Source: Anaerolineae bacterium
GTDB taxonomy: Bacteria > Chloroflexota > Anaerolineae > B4-G1 > SLSP01
Direction: 5' to 3'
DNA length: 49,901 nt
NCBI GenBank assembly: GCA_016931315.1
Contig: JAFGFB010000035.1
Span: 1-49,901 of the forward strand
Part shown: positions 27,413-36,674 of the stretch, piece after piece
Layout: each line of letters opens with the position of its first letter
Numbering within the stretch: position 1 is the stretch's first letter
Program-made: the position numbers and the translations under genes
The notes under the pieces: model-generated
The model's database searches: none
Told to the model about the DNA's origin: nothing
What the model saw: only the letters and a program-made list of their open reading frames with translations

Positions 27413-28321
27413 ATGACTATTCAATTTCGTCACTACCATCATGCCAGCGATTATGCCTTGGTGAGCGATTTCCTCATCACTCACTACCAGCCTGACAATC
27501 AGGACGGCAACTGGATCGAACCGGCTTGGGAGTATATGCACTTCCATCCGGCGTTGGATGCTGCCAATATGAATCGGTTCGGGATTTGGGAGGAGGCGGG
27601 GGGAATCGTCGCGGTGGTCCACTATGAATGGCATTTAGGGGAAGCTTTCTTCCAGTTTCATCCTGCCTATCGCCATTTGCGCGTTGAGATACTGGATTAT
27701 GCCGAAGCCAATCTGCTGGGGATTTCGCGCCGGGATGGGCGACCGTACCTGCTTGCTTATGTCAATGATACCGATCCGGAATTCCTGGCGCTGGTGCAGT
27801 CGCGTGGCTATACCAAAGAACCTGATGAAACACGTCCCATGTCCGCTTTCGACATTCCCGACCCCTTTCCCCCAATCCCGTTGGCTGAAGGCTTTCGCCT
27901 GACCAGCCTGGCGGAAGAGTGCGATTGGGCAAAGGTTCACCGGGTGCTGTGGCGGGGCTTTGATCACGGGGATGACGTGCCCATGACAGATGAAGAGCTC
28001 GAGAGCCGGCGCCGCATGTTCGATACGCCCAAGGCGCGGCGTGACCTGAAAATCGCCGTGGTCGCCCCGAATGGGAATTTCGTTGCCTTCTGCGGCATGT
28101 TCTACGAACCCCAGGGGAGATTTGCCTATGTTGAGCCTGTGGCCACCGACCCGGCTTATCGCCGTTTGGGCTTGGGCCGGGCGGCAGTGCTCGAGGGTAT
28201 CCGGCGTTGTGGTGCTCTGGGAGCAACTGTGGCTTATGTCGGCTCGGATCAACAGTTTTACCGGGCCATTGGTTTTCGCCGGGTTTATGATACTGAATGT
28301 TGGGTTAAGGTTTTCGCTTAG
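27413..28321 (+). CDS. GNAT acetyltransferase (tandem-domain type)
   Basis: EPVATDPAYRRLGLG, FYRAIGF; RBS AAGGGA. Confidence 0.88.
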   Translation: MTIQFRHYHHASDYALVSDFLITHYQPDNQDGNWIEPAWEYMHFHPALDAANMNRFGIWEEAGGIVAVVHYEWHLGEAFFQFHPAYRHLRVEILDYAEANLLGISRRDGRPYLLAYVNDTDPEFLALVQSRGYTKEPDETRPMSAFDIPDPFPPIPLAEGFRLTSLAEECDWAKVHRVLWRGFDHGDDVPMTDEELESRRRMFDTPKARRDLKIAVVAPNGNFVAFCGMFYEPQGRFAYVEPVATDPAYRRLGLGRAAVLEGIRRCGALGATVAYVGSDQQFYRAIGFRRVYDTECWVKVFA

Positions 28322-28392
28322 AGTGCGCTTCGTAGTCCCTGGCGTCTTGTTGGCTGAGACGCAGATTTTGTGAGGCGAATCATTCTCAACAC

Positions 28393-28424
28393 ATCAGCCC
28401 CCTACACACCGGTAGGGGGCTGAT
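28393..28424. terminator. Hairpin terminator between the GNAT gene and the tRNA 3' fragment
   Basis: 13-bp stem atcagccccctac/gtagggggctgat. Confidence 0.8.
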
Positions 28425-28439
28425 CAATATCTGCAGTCT

Positions 28440-28484
28440 TGGTGGGCGAGCAGAGACTCGAACTCTGGACCTCACGGATGTGAA
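28440..28484 (-). mobile_element. 3' half of tRNA-Val(CAC); att junction of a tRNA-integrated element
   Basis: Minus strand reads TTCACAT-CCGTG-AGGTC-CAGAG-TTCGAGT-CTCTG-CTCGCCC-A-CCA (anticodon loop, variable loop, T-arm, acceptor 3' strand, CCA). No D-arm or 5' acceptor strand precedes it. Confidence 0.88.
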
Positions 28485-28510
28485 TAGTGATGCACGTATG
28501 AGAGCACCAA

Positions 28511-28549
28511 AGAGCACACGGTACCATTCTATTGGCATCCGTGTGCTCT
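28511..28549. repeat. Inverted repeat next to att
   Basis: agagcacacgg(28511)...ccgtgtgctct(28549), with an extra direct AGAGCAC at 28501. Confidence 0.7.
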
Positions 28550-28718
28550 GTTATCTCTATACAGCCGTGTGTAGTGCCACAGCGCTCAGGTGTCTACCGG
28601 ATCAACTTGCCATGAACTGCCACGCAATCTTCCGCCGCGACTTTGGCGTAGTGTTTTACCATCCACAAATCCTGATGTTCAAGGATCACTCGTCTTTAAA
28701 TGACTTCCCAAAAAGGTC

Positions 28719-28778
28719 TTGACAAAACTATATCGTATGGTAATATATCAATATCTGATATATCACATTCTGTTATAA
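28719..28778 (+). promoter_or_regulatory. Sigma70-type promoter overlapped by a triple PadR-like operator
   Basis: TTGACA(28719)-16 nt-TAATAT(28741) with TG extension; ATATATCA-N5-TGATATAT and two degenerate copies at a 15-bp period. Confidence 0.75.
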
Positions 28779-28812
28779 CGAGAAATGACATAGAAGACAA
28801 GAGGACAAGAAG

Positions 28813-29133
28813 ATGACCCAAACGAACGATTTAGAGAAATATCTACCCTTATCAGAGACTAACATCTACATCTTGCTCTCGCTGGTTCAACCGCTACACG
28901 GCTACGGCGTGATGCAGCATGTCCAACAACTCAGCCAGGGCGCGCTGAGCATCGGGCCGGGCACACTATACGGTGCATTTTCGACTTTCGAGAGCGAAAA
29001 GCTGATCGAAATGGTCGGCGAAGAAAACCGTCGCAAAATCTATGTATTGACCGTAAAAGGCCGTCAGGTGTTGGACCTACAGGCTCAGCGTCTGGCTATC
29101 CTGTATCATAATCTGCAAGAAGTATTAAGTTAA
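28813..29133 (+). CDS. PadR-family transcriptional regulator
   Basis: PLSE..YILLSL..PLHGYGVM, IGPGTLYG, RRKIYVLT.KG. Confidence 0.93.
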   Translation: MTQTNDLEKYLPLSETNIYILLSLVQPLHGYGVMQHVQQLSQGALSIGPGTLYGAFSTFESEKLIEMVGEENRRKIYVLTVKGRQVLDLQAQRLAILYHNLQEVLS

Positions 29134-29147
29134 GAGGAGAGAACACA

Positions 29148-29678
29148 ATGAACCCTATCATCAAACAACGCCAATGGTTTTGGGCCTGGCAAGACGACAA
29201 ACAAGAAGCCTGGCTGCACGAAATGTCACTGAAAGGCTTGCACTTGGTTAATTTCCAGAAAGGAGCTTATCACTTTGAACAGGGTGAGCCGAGGCATTAT
29301 GCGTACCGGCTGGATTACCGCGACTTGACGGCAAATCAACAGGAATACGAACAACTCTTCGCCGATGCGGGTTGGAAGTACATCGGTTCGATGGGCGGTT
29401 GGGAGTATTTCCGCAAAGAAGCCGCGCCCGACAGTATGCCCGAAATCTACACCGACACAGAGTCGAAAATCCAGAAATATCGGCGGCTGCAATGGTTTTT
29501 CGTGCTGTTGTTGCCCTTTCTCTGGATCACCTTTCCGAATTTCGATTTCGAGTACACTTCACTTTTTCGGTTGGCAACCCATCTCTTTCATCTGGTTGGC
29601 TTCTGCCTGCTGGCAGCCCTTTTGGGGTGCAACCTGTGGAAACTGGAACAGCGCATTCAACAACTCAAGCGACTATAG
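29148..29678 (+). CDS. DUF2812-like membrane protein
   Basis: EAWLHEMSLKGLHL, YRLDY, FADAGW, EIYTD; typical partner of this PadR subtype. Confidence 0.85.
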   Translation: MNPIIKQRQWFWAWQDDKQEAWLHEMSLKGLHLVNFQKGAYHFEQGEPRHYAYRLDYRDLTANQQEYEQLFADAGWKYIGSMGGWEYFRKEAAPDSMPEIYTDTESKIQKYRRLQWFFVLLLPFLWITFPNFDFEYTSLFRLATHLFHLVGFCLLAALLGCNLWKLEQRIQQLKRL

Positions 29679-29694
29679 GAGAGACTTGTCATGC

Positions 29695-30477
29695 TTACGT
29701 CAACACCTGCGCCGCTGCTGCACCGGCCAGCCGCGCCAGCGTCGCTTTCACCCGGCTACTACGTGGCAAAAAGTCGAACGTGCAGCCGGGAGCCAACCAG
29801 CCCTGCGCTTGCCACCAGGCCTGATCATACGATCCTGGCGGCTCGCGCTGCCAGGCCAACTGCTGCACCTTGAAGGCCAACAGGGAGACAAACGCAGGGT
29901 TCTGGGCTTTCTGTTGGGCAATGGTGTTGAATAGTTTATCCGCTGCCTTGTCCGCAGCCGGTTGGTAGCGCGGCAGTTCGTCCGCTGAGGCCAGCGCGCC
30001 CATTTTTAACCCCGTTTGTCCCACCAGATGATAGCCCCAGGTGAGCAGCGCCGCGTTCATTGTGCGCAGGGTGTGACCGGTAGCGCCGCCGCCGACTGTG
30101 GCAAGCGGATAGGCGCACTTGCCGCCCATCGCTGGGCGGTGGCACAGGTAGGCCAGGCGATCCATCCAATTCTTGACCAGCCCGCTCAAATCATCCACGT
30201 AGACGGGGCTGGCGAGGAGGAGGCCATCGGCGGCGTCCATCTTAGCGCGGATGAGCGGGATGTCATCCTTGAGTGGGCAGGCGTCCTCGCCGCGATCAAA
30301 GCACGCGCGACACCCCCGGCACGGGCGGATGTCCATATCGCTCAGGAAGAGCATCTCGAATTCCAGCGGCGTGGTGTGCTGCGCAGCCAATGTCTGCATC
30401 CGCGTCCCGATCATCTGCACGACACGCGCCGTGTTGCCTTTTTTGCGGTAACTGCCAATACAAGCTAATATCTTCAT
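29695..30477 (-). CDS. Flavodoxin/iron-sulfur flavoprotein family (NADPH-dependent FMN reductase fold)
   Basis: GSYRKKGNT, CRGCRAC..CPLKDD, LASPVY, KNWMDR. Real start at 30477. Confidence 0.88.
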   Translation of the reverse strand: MKILACIGSYRKKGNTARVVQMIGTRMQTLAAQHTTPLEFEMLFLSDMDIRPCRGCRACFDRGEDACPLKDDIPLIRAKMDAADGLLLASPVYVDDLSGLVKNWMDRLAYLCHRPAMGGKCAYPLATVGGGATGHTLRTMNAALLTWGYHLVGQTGLKMGALASADELPRYQPAADKAADKLFNTIAQQKAQNPAFVSLLAFKVQQLAWQREPPGSYDQAWWQAQGWLAPGCTFDFLPRSSRVKATLARLAGAAAAQVLT

Positions 30478-30500
30478 TTGAACACCCATCTGGTGCGTTA

Positions 30501-31280
30501 TCAGGCGCGCGCCATCAGATATTTGCCAATGCGCGTGACTAACCGGCGCGGGGTGAACCGAATGGAAAGCGCCAGCAGTTGGTTGAACAGCCCCGGAATG
30601 ACGGTGGTTTTGCCCTTCAGCAAACCGGCGTATCCGACTTTTGCCACCTGCCGCGCCTCCATGGTCCCTGCGCGGAATAACCGGATGTCCTCGATGCCGG
30701 CGCGGCTGGCAAAATCGGTTTGGGTTGCGCCGGGGCAGAGGCAGGTCACCGAGATGCCGGTATGCTCCAAATCCCTGGCAATCGCCCCCGAAAAACTGAG
30801 AACGTAGGCTTTCGTTGCACAATAAATGGCGTTGAGGGGCGCCGGGGCAAAGCCGCCGGTCGAGGCCACGTTGAGGATGCGCCCGCTGCCACGGTGGAGC
30901 ATCTCTGGCAGCAAGAGCATGATCAGGTGTGTCAACGCGGTCAGGTTCACCTGGATGAGGGCCAACTGTTGGGCTACGTCGGTATCCTGGATTGGCCCAT
31001 ACACCTGTGTGCCAGCGTTGTTCACCAGGAAATCCACCGTGATGTCCTGGGCTTTGAGCGTTTGATAGATCACCTCCGGCGCGGTGGGCTGCGCCAAGTC
31101 TTGGGGAATCACGGTCACATTGACGTTGTACTTCGCTCGCAGGTCTGCGGCCAGAGACTTTAGCCGCTCTTGGTCGCGGGCCACCAATGCCAAGTTGACG
31201 CCATCCTTGGCGAACAACGGCGCCAATTCTCGCCCGATGCCGCTTGATGCTCCTGTAATCAAAGCTGTTTGTCGTTTCAT
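30501..31280 (-). CDS. Short-chain dehydrogenase/reductase
   Basis: TGASSGIG, NNAG, YCATK, CPG. Confidence 0.95.
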   Translation of the reverse strand: MKRQTALITGASSGIGRELAPLFAKDGVNLALVARDQERLKSLAADLRAKYNVNVTVIPQDLAQPTAPEVIYQTLKAQDITVDFLVNNAGTQVYGPIQDTDVAQQLALIQVNLTALTHLIMLLLPEMLHRGSGRILNVASTGGFAPAPLNAIYCATKAYVLSFSGAIARDLEHTGISVTCLCPGATQTDFASRAGIEDIRLFRAGTMEARQVAKVGYAGLLKGKTTVIPGLFNQLLALSIRFTPRRLVTRIGKYLMARA

Positions 31281-31397
31281 AAGCTATATCTCCTTTTCTT
31301 GGTGCTGCGAAGATCACTGAAAAAACACCATTCAAATCCTACGTCCATATCTATGTTTCAGCCAACCGTGTTGCACTTATCAGTTCCAATAGATACC

Positions 31398-32267
31398 TCA
31401 ACGCGCCAACCACTGCGCCAGAATAGCGTTGTACTCGGTTGCGCGCTCGGCAAAGGGCAGATGCCCCGCCTCAGCAATGACGGCTAATTCAGCACCCTCG
31501 ACCAGGTCGGCGATCTGCTGCGCCTGCGCAGGCGGCACGGTAGGGTCGCGGTCGCCAGTCAGCGCCAGGAGCGGTGCGGTGATGCGCGGCAGCCAATCGC
31601 TGATGTCAATTTCTGGCATCCGGGCAAAGTAGTGTATCATCGCATTCAAATCAAGCTGCTTGAAAGCCGGGTAAGCGCGGCACAGCATATCCGGTAAATC
31701 AGGATAGGCGTAAAACGCGCGCGCATCGGCAACGTAAATGCGCATAGCGGATTTGAGCAGGACCGGCGACAAGCCGGACAGTTTGTAGAGCGCCTTGTAT
31801 ACGGCGCGCCCCGGCGCGCCGCTGCGCACCAGCTTTTGATACAGGCCCAACGCGCCCGTCCAACATCCCTGCGCAAAGCCGGACACGCTGATGACGCGTC
31901 GCGCCAGGGCTGGCGTAGACGCCGCTACCGCTAGCGCCGCAAATCCGCCGGTAGAATGGCCGATGAGCGTGACGGGGCGGTCGTCCACCAACTCGCGAAT
32001 CGCTGCGCTCAATACGCGGGCGATCATCTCGGCGGTGAGCGCCTCGGGCTGCAAACCGGCGGGAAAGGTTGCCGGGAAATGTCCTGGCAGGCTGAGCGAA
32101 TAACACGGCCCTTGCGCCAGCACGCAGGGCGGTTGAAGCGCCCAGGCATAAATTGAACTGGTGATCCCATGCAGCAAAATCACCGGTTCGCCAGGTGCGC
32201 CGGGGTTCAGGCAAACTGCGGCCAGTTGGTAGTCGTCAACGGTAAGTGGAATATGCACAGATGTCAT
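31398..32267 (-). CDS. Alpha/beta hydrolase
   Basis: LLHG, GHSTGG, GDRDPTVP, AGHLP. Confidence 0.92.
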   Translation of the reverse strand: MTSVHIPLTVDDYQLAAVCLNPGAPGEPVILLHGITSSIYAWALQPPCVLAQGPCYSLSLPGHFPATFPAGLQPEALTAEMIARVLSAAIRELVDDRPVTLIGHSTGGFAALAVAASTPALARRVISVSGFAQGCWTGALGLYQKLVRSGAPGRAVYKALYKLSGLSPVLLKSAMRIYVADARAFYAYPDLPDMLCRAYPAFKQLDLNAMIHYFARMPEIDISDWLPRITAPLLALTGDRDPTVPPAQAQQIADLVEGAELAVIAEAGHLPFAERATEYNAILAQWLAR

Positions 32268-32370
32268 GAAGATCTCTTGTTCTAACTTGGAGTGCTTCAA
32301 AGCCGGTCATCGAATTTACCGGATAATCATCAGTTCATTTATCAACTCGGCCATGCTGCGCCGATGATGG

Positions 32371-32577
32371 CTACAGATTTACGCATGTCTTTTGCTCATC
32401 CAGGCTTCCAGATATCGCCCGGTTTCGACCCCGCCCCAAACGCCAAAGAAAAAAAACCAGAAAGGGCAGGATTTGGGTATCCAGGAAAAAACTGGCAATC
32501 AAACTGCCCGGGGAGAGCAGGATGAGGGCACTGCCAACGATCAAGTGTCCCTTGGTGGCCTGTGGATGGATTTTCAT
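32371..32577 (-). CDS. Small membrane protein or gene remnant
   Basis: AAGGAAGG RBS before the ATG at 32577; two hydrophobic stretches; co-oriented with neighbours. Confidence 0.45.
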   Translation of the reverse strand: MKIHPQATKGHLIVGSALILLSPGSLIASFFLDTQILPFLVFFLWRLGRGRNRAISGSLDEQKTCVNL

Positions 32578-32642
32578 ACTACCTTCTTTTTGATTATGAT
32601 GAATGATGAAAGATAATGCTGACCACTCTTGCGTTAAGCATA

Positions 32643-33131
32643 TTACTTGCGCCCAAACCATCGGTTAACCGACGCTGTATACATCTCATATTCGCTGCCA
32701 AATTTCCCGGCCAGGTAGTGCTCTTCAGGCAGGATAAGGGCGTAATGGCAGAGCGCCATCGAGACGATGAGCATGACTACCGACCAGGGCAGGTTGAAAG
32801 TGAGCGCAATTCCGAACAAGAAAATGCCCGCTCCAAGATAGAGCGGATTCCTCGACAATGCAAACACGCCTGTCTTGATGACCCGGCTGGTGGGGTGGCC
32901 GGGGTCGGTCGGTTGACCGTAGCGGGAAAATTCCCGGCGCGCCAGGACAAGCAAAACCAACCCCACAATGCCCAGAAGGGCGCCCGCCGGGATGAGGGTC
33001 TGTCTCAGGATGTCCGGTGGGGATGAAAACGGCCAGATCAAGTGCAGGGCCAGGCTGGCAAGGAAAGGGATTCCAAAAACAACTTCCCCAATCCTCCAGC
33101 GGCTTGTATGGGCAGAGTCATGGCTTTTCAT
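32643..33131 (-). CDS. Isoprenylcysteine carboxylmethyltransferase/PEMT-family membrane methyltransferase
   Basis: GVFALSRNPLYLG, EEHYL..FG.EY..Y...V.RW; ATGA-coupled to the glycosyltransferase. Confidence 0.9.
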   Translation of the reverse strand: MKSHDSAHTSRWRIGEVVFGIPFLASLALHLIWPFSSPPDILRQTLIPAGALLGIVGLVLLVLARREFSRYGQPTDPGHPTSRVIKTGVFALSRNPLYLGAGIFLFGIALTFNLPWSVVMLIVSMALCHYALILPEEHYLAGKFGSEYEMYTASVNRWFGRK

Positions 33132-34333
33132 AAAACCTCTTCAATCAACCGCACCGCTTCCGTTACCCCATCTGGCTCGGCGCGGATGTCGGCGTCCAGG
33201 TCGGCGGCTTTACGGCGCATTTCGGGCGATTGCAACGCGCGCAGGGCCTCGGCCAGGTTTTCGGCGGTGAGTTTCGGACGCGGGATGGGCTGCGGGCCGA
33301 TGCCCATTTGCACCACTTTGCCGCCCCAAATGAACTGGTCAATGATGTGGGGGATGACCAGCATGGGAATCCCGGCGCGAAAACCGGAAGCGGTCGTGCC
33401 AAAGCCGCCGTGATGGACCAATCCGCTGGCGCGCGGCAAGAGCCAATCGTGCGGAATCGAACCAGCGTGGAAAACACTGGGGGGAATCGCCAACTGTTTC
33501 ATTGCCTCGTCCCAGCCCTGGATGACGGCGCGGAGGCCAGCCTGTTTGACCGCTGCGAGGGCGATTTGCGCGCTCTGGAGGGTGTCCTTGCCGCTGAGCG
33601 CCATCGCGCCCAGGGTAATGACCACCGGCGGCTCACCGGTCTCGAGGAAGGCGACCAGGTCGGCAGGCGGCGTCCAGGTGGTGGGGGCCGGGGCGAACCA
33701 GTAACCGGTCATGCAGTGGCGCCCCTCCCAGAGCGGGTTGGGTGGGGAAATGTGTGGGCTGAGCGGAACCAGGTTCAGCGTCGGGGAGGTGATACCGGTC
33801 GGACCCATCGGGGGCAGGCCGACCCGTTTGCGAATCTGGTTGAGCGGGCGGGTCATCAGCAGTCCCATCCCTGCCCCGGCCACGCCCATCAACATCCGCT
33901 TCAGGAAAGAATCCTGGGGGTCTTTGACCGGGATAGCCTCCGGCATAAGCGTAACGCTGGCGGTGGGCAGGCCGAGTTGGTCGGCCTCCATGCTCCCGCC
34001 GGCTGAGTGTGAGACGATGATCAGATCGGCGGCGCGGCAGAGTGCAAGCACGTCGCTATGGGATTGTTCGAGCATGGCAAACGAAAAGCGCATCACCCGC
34101 ATAAAGCCAAGCATCCAGTGTGGGGCGTTGGCGCGGATGCGGGCGGCCTCGTGGCTGATGTCAATATCCGGTCCCATAGGGGCGAAATGCACGCCGTAGG
34201 ATTCGACCAGTCCGCGCATACACGGGTGGCTGGCGAGGGTGACGGCGTGCCCGGCCTTGTGCAGGCCAAGCGCCAGAGCAATGTACGGCTGCACATCGCC
34301 GCGCGTGCCGATGGTGGGGATAACGATGTTCAT
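33128..34333 (-). CDS. GT1 glycosyltransferase (sterol 3-beta-glucosyltransferase/UGT-like)
   Basis: GTRGDVQPYIALA, PHDWLLPR, HHGGFGTT, DQFIWG. Confidence 0.92.
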   Translation of the reverse strand: MNIVIPTIGTRGDVQPYIALALGLHKAGHAVTLASHPCMRGLVESYGVHFAPMGPDIDISHEAARIRANAPHWMLGFMRVMRFSFAMLEQSHSDVLALCRAADLIIVSHSAGGSMEADQLGLPTASVTLMPEAIPVKDPQDSFLKRMLMGVAGAGMGLLMTRPLNQIRKRVGLPPMGPTGITSPTLNLVPLSPHISPPNPLWEGRHCMTGYWFAPAPTTWTPPADLVAFLETGEPPVVITLGAMALSGKDTLQSAQIALAAVKQAGLRAVIQGWDEAMKQLAIPPSVFHAGSIPHDWLLPRASGLVHHGGFGTTASGFRAGIPMLVIPHIIDQFIWGGKVVQMGIGPQPIPRPKLTAENLAEALRALQSPEMRRKAADLDADIRAEPDGVTEAVRLIEEVL

Positions 34334-34397
34334 CCAATGTCACCTTTCCGTTCCAGATGGCGAAAGAACGCGATGGTCAATCCCATATTCTTTTATC

Positions 34398-34428
34398 GGG
34401 TAGGCGACGGCAATAACATCGCCTACCC
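34398..34428 (-). terminator. Hairpin between ino1 and the glycosyltransferase
   Basis: gggtaggcga/tcgcctaccc stem, extendable with G-U pairs on the minus strand; no U-tract. Confidence 0.5.
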
Positions 34429-34489
34429 CACAATACTCGGTTTGCGCGACCCGAACTTGCACGTAGACAGTTATCACATCGATATGCTG

Positions 34490-35581
34490 CTATCTGTTTT
34501 CTTCTGCGCCTCCGATGAACGCATCGAGCTTGTTTCGCGCCTCGTCATCGCTGAACTGAGCAGGTGGCGATTTCATGAAGTAGGACGACGGCTCGACGAC
34601 GGCACCGCTCAGCCCGCGATTGAGCGCGATTTTGCAGCAACGCACGGCATCAATCACCACCCCGGCCGAGTTGGGGCTGTCCCACACCTCCATCTTGACC
34701 TCCAGCTTGAGCGGCACCTCGCCGAACGTTGTACCCTCCATCTGGATATAGCAGAACTTGCGATCCGTCAGCCACGGCACATAATCCGAAGGCCCCACAT
34801 GGATGCTCTGCGGTGGCAGTTTGAAATCTAACTGGCTGGTCACAGCATCCGTCTTGGAGATTTTCTTTGACTCTAGCCGCTCCCGCTCTAACATATTGTA
34901 GAAATCCATATTGCCGCCAAAGTTGAGTTGATAAGTACGATCGAGGCGCACACCTCGCTCGCGAAAGAGATGGGTCAACACGCGATGGGTAATCGTTGCG
35001 CCAACCTGGCTCTTGATGTCATCGCCTATGACCGGCAGGCCGCGCTCCTTGAACCGCTCTTGCCAGTAGGCCTCGCGGGCAATAAAGACCGGAATGCAGT
35101 TGACAAAACCGCACCCGGCATCCAGAACCTGCTCAACATACCACTTGGTCGCCATCTCACTGCCAACCGGCAAAAAGTTGATCACCACGTCGGTTCCCGT
35201 CTCTTTGAGGATGCGGACAATGTCGTCGGTCGGGCCGGGTGCCTTGGTGATCACCTGCGAGAGGTACTTACCCAGCCCATCGTGGGTCATACCACGATAG
35301 ACCTTTACCCCCATATAGGGTACTTCGGTAAACTTGATGGTGTTGTTCGGCGGTGACCAGATCGCCTCGCTCAGGTCGAGTCCCACCTTGTTCTGGTCTA
35401 TCTCAAACGCGGCGGTGAACTCGATGTCGCGCACGTGATAGCCGCCTAGGTTGACGTGCATCAACCCGGGAACAAAGGCGTCATCTGGTGCATCTCTATA
35501 AAAATGCACCCCTTGCACCAGGGCAGCGGCGCAATTTCCCACGCCAATGATCGCAGTACGCACCTTATTTCGTTTTGCCAT
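34490..35581 (-). CDS. ino1: myo-inositol-1(3)-phosphate synthase
   Basis: [51 protein letters not shown]. Confidence 0.96.
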   Translation of the reverse strand: MAKRNKVRTAIIGVGNCAAALVQGVHFYRDAPDDAFVPGLMHVNLGGYHVRDIEFTAAFEIDQNKVGLDLSEAIWSPPNNTIKFTEVPYMGVKVYRGMTHDGLGKYLSQVITKAPGPTDDIVRILKETGTDVVINFLPVGSEMATKWYVEQVLDAGCGFVNCIPVFIAREAYWQERFKERGLPVIGDDIKSQVGATITHRVLTHLFRERGVRLDRTYQLNFGGNMDFYNMLERERLESKKISKTDAVTSQLDFKLPPQSIHVGPSDYVPWLTDRKFCYIQMEGTTFGEVPLKLEVKMEVWDSPNSAGVVIDAVRCCKIALNRGLSGAVVEPSSYFMKSPPAQFSDDEARNKLDAFIGGAEENR

Positions 35582-35961
35582 TGCTTGATTACCTCCTATG
35601 TTGTGATCTGAATCAGTATCTATAGAAATTCGTCTCCATAACGAGTCTCTCTTGGCCACTATCTCGCCTCCCACAGACTCTAACCGATAGCGCTTTTTAT
35701 CGACAAAAGACCACCTCCCCGGTCGTTTTGGCTATAGGATTGGGCTTGAGCCGCGCCATCTTGCTGGCATGTTTGGCGAACAATGCCTCAGTGAGAATAC
35801 CTTTGTCTTGCATAACCTGGTAGAGGCATACCCGGCGTCGCTCCAACTGCTGTTGAGCGCGGCTAGGTCTTTGGCTACCTTGATGCGAAAGTCGAACTTA
35901 GCTGTCGTGATCCCCATGGTACAAAGGTGGTCGAAACGCCCGGTAAAGCCGAGGCTGTTGT

Positions 35962-36657
35962 TCAGACGATTGAAAAAGGTCTTCGTCGATCTCCTTTCCA
36001 CAACCCCCAACCGAGAGGGAACAAGGCCGCCAGAAACAGGATGCCGCCAATCATCACGCCCTGGGACAGCAACATGCTGCCGGTCAGCGTGCCGATCATG
36101 CCCAGGATGCAGGTCACGCCGTTCAGCGCCAACAACACCCCACCCCAGTGCAGCGCGCCGGAGCGCCGCCACAGCAACGCGCCGTAAAGCATAGACGGAA
36201 TTCCCAGAATGGCGTAGGCTAACCTGTTGAAGAATACCATCGCCGATTGTGGCTAGGCTCGCAAGGTTAAACGCAGCAGCATATCTGCCGCAGCGGTGTA
36301 CTGCGGGTCGAGGCGCAGCGTCACCAATGCTGGAACGAGCGTCACCTGCGAGAGATAGGCGACCAGGTTGAGCACACCGTAAATGGGGGTGAAGACCAGC
36401 CCGATGACGATCCAGCCGGGGGCTGTCGGCTTGAGCCAGGCATACAAGACGGCAAACAGAGCTATGGCGGCCACGGTCAACAGTGCGACGTTGAGATAAG
36501 TGGCGTAGAATAACCCGTGCAGTCGTGCGGCGTGGGTAAGCACCTGCTCGAAGGTTTCCAGCCGCCCGGTGGTCGCCATGTCGGTGATCAGCAGGCCGAG
36601 GCACAGGACAGTGAGCATCAAGCAAACCAGGCAAAGGACGGCGGCAAGTTTAGACAC
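35962..36657 (-). pseudogene. Multi-TM membrane protein interrupted by one in-frame TAG
   Basis: ORFs 36253..36678 and 35962..36240 share a frame and read LRA-TAG-PQSAMVFFN continuously. Confidence 0.75.
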
Positions 36658-36674
36658 GGCTTCCTCAACTCTTG

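Noticed and set aside
28440-28520. Intact tRNA-Val gene
   Set aside because: The 5' anticodon stem is imperfect (CACTA vs CACGG) and no D-arm or GGGCGAG acceptor 5' strand is present.
29695-31335. 546-aa ORF suggesting a large fusion
   Set aside because: The N-terminal half is an off-frame shadow of the SDR gene; recognisable protein starts at 30477.
35600-35960. Gene remnant or ncRNA upstream of ino1
   Set aside because: Short open frames exist but no motif, RBS or convincing structure could be recognised; blastx would be needed.
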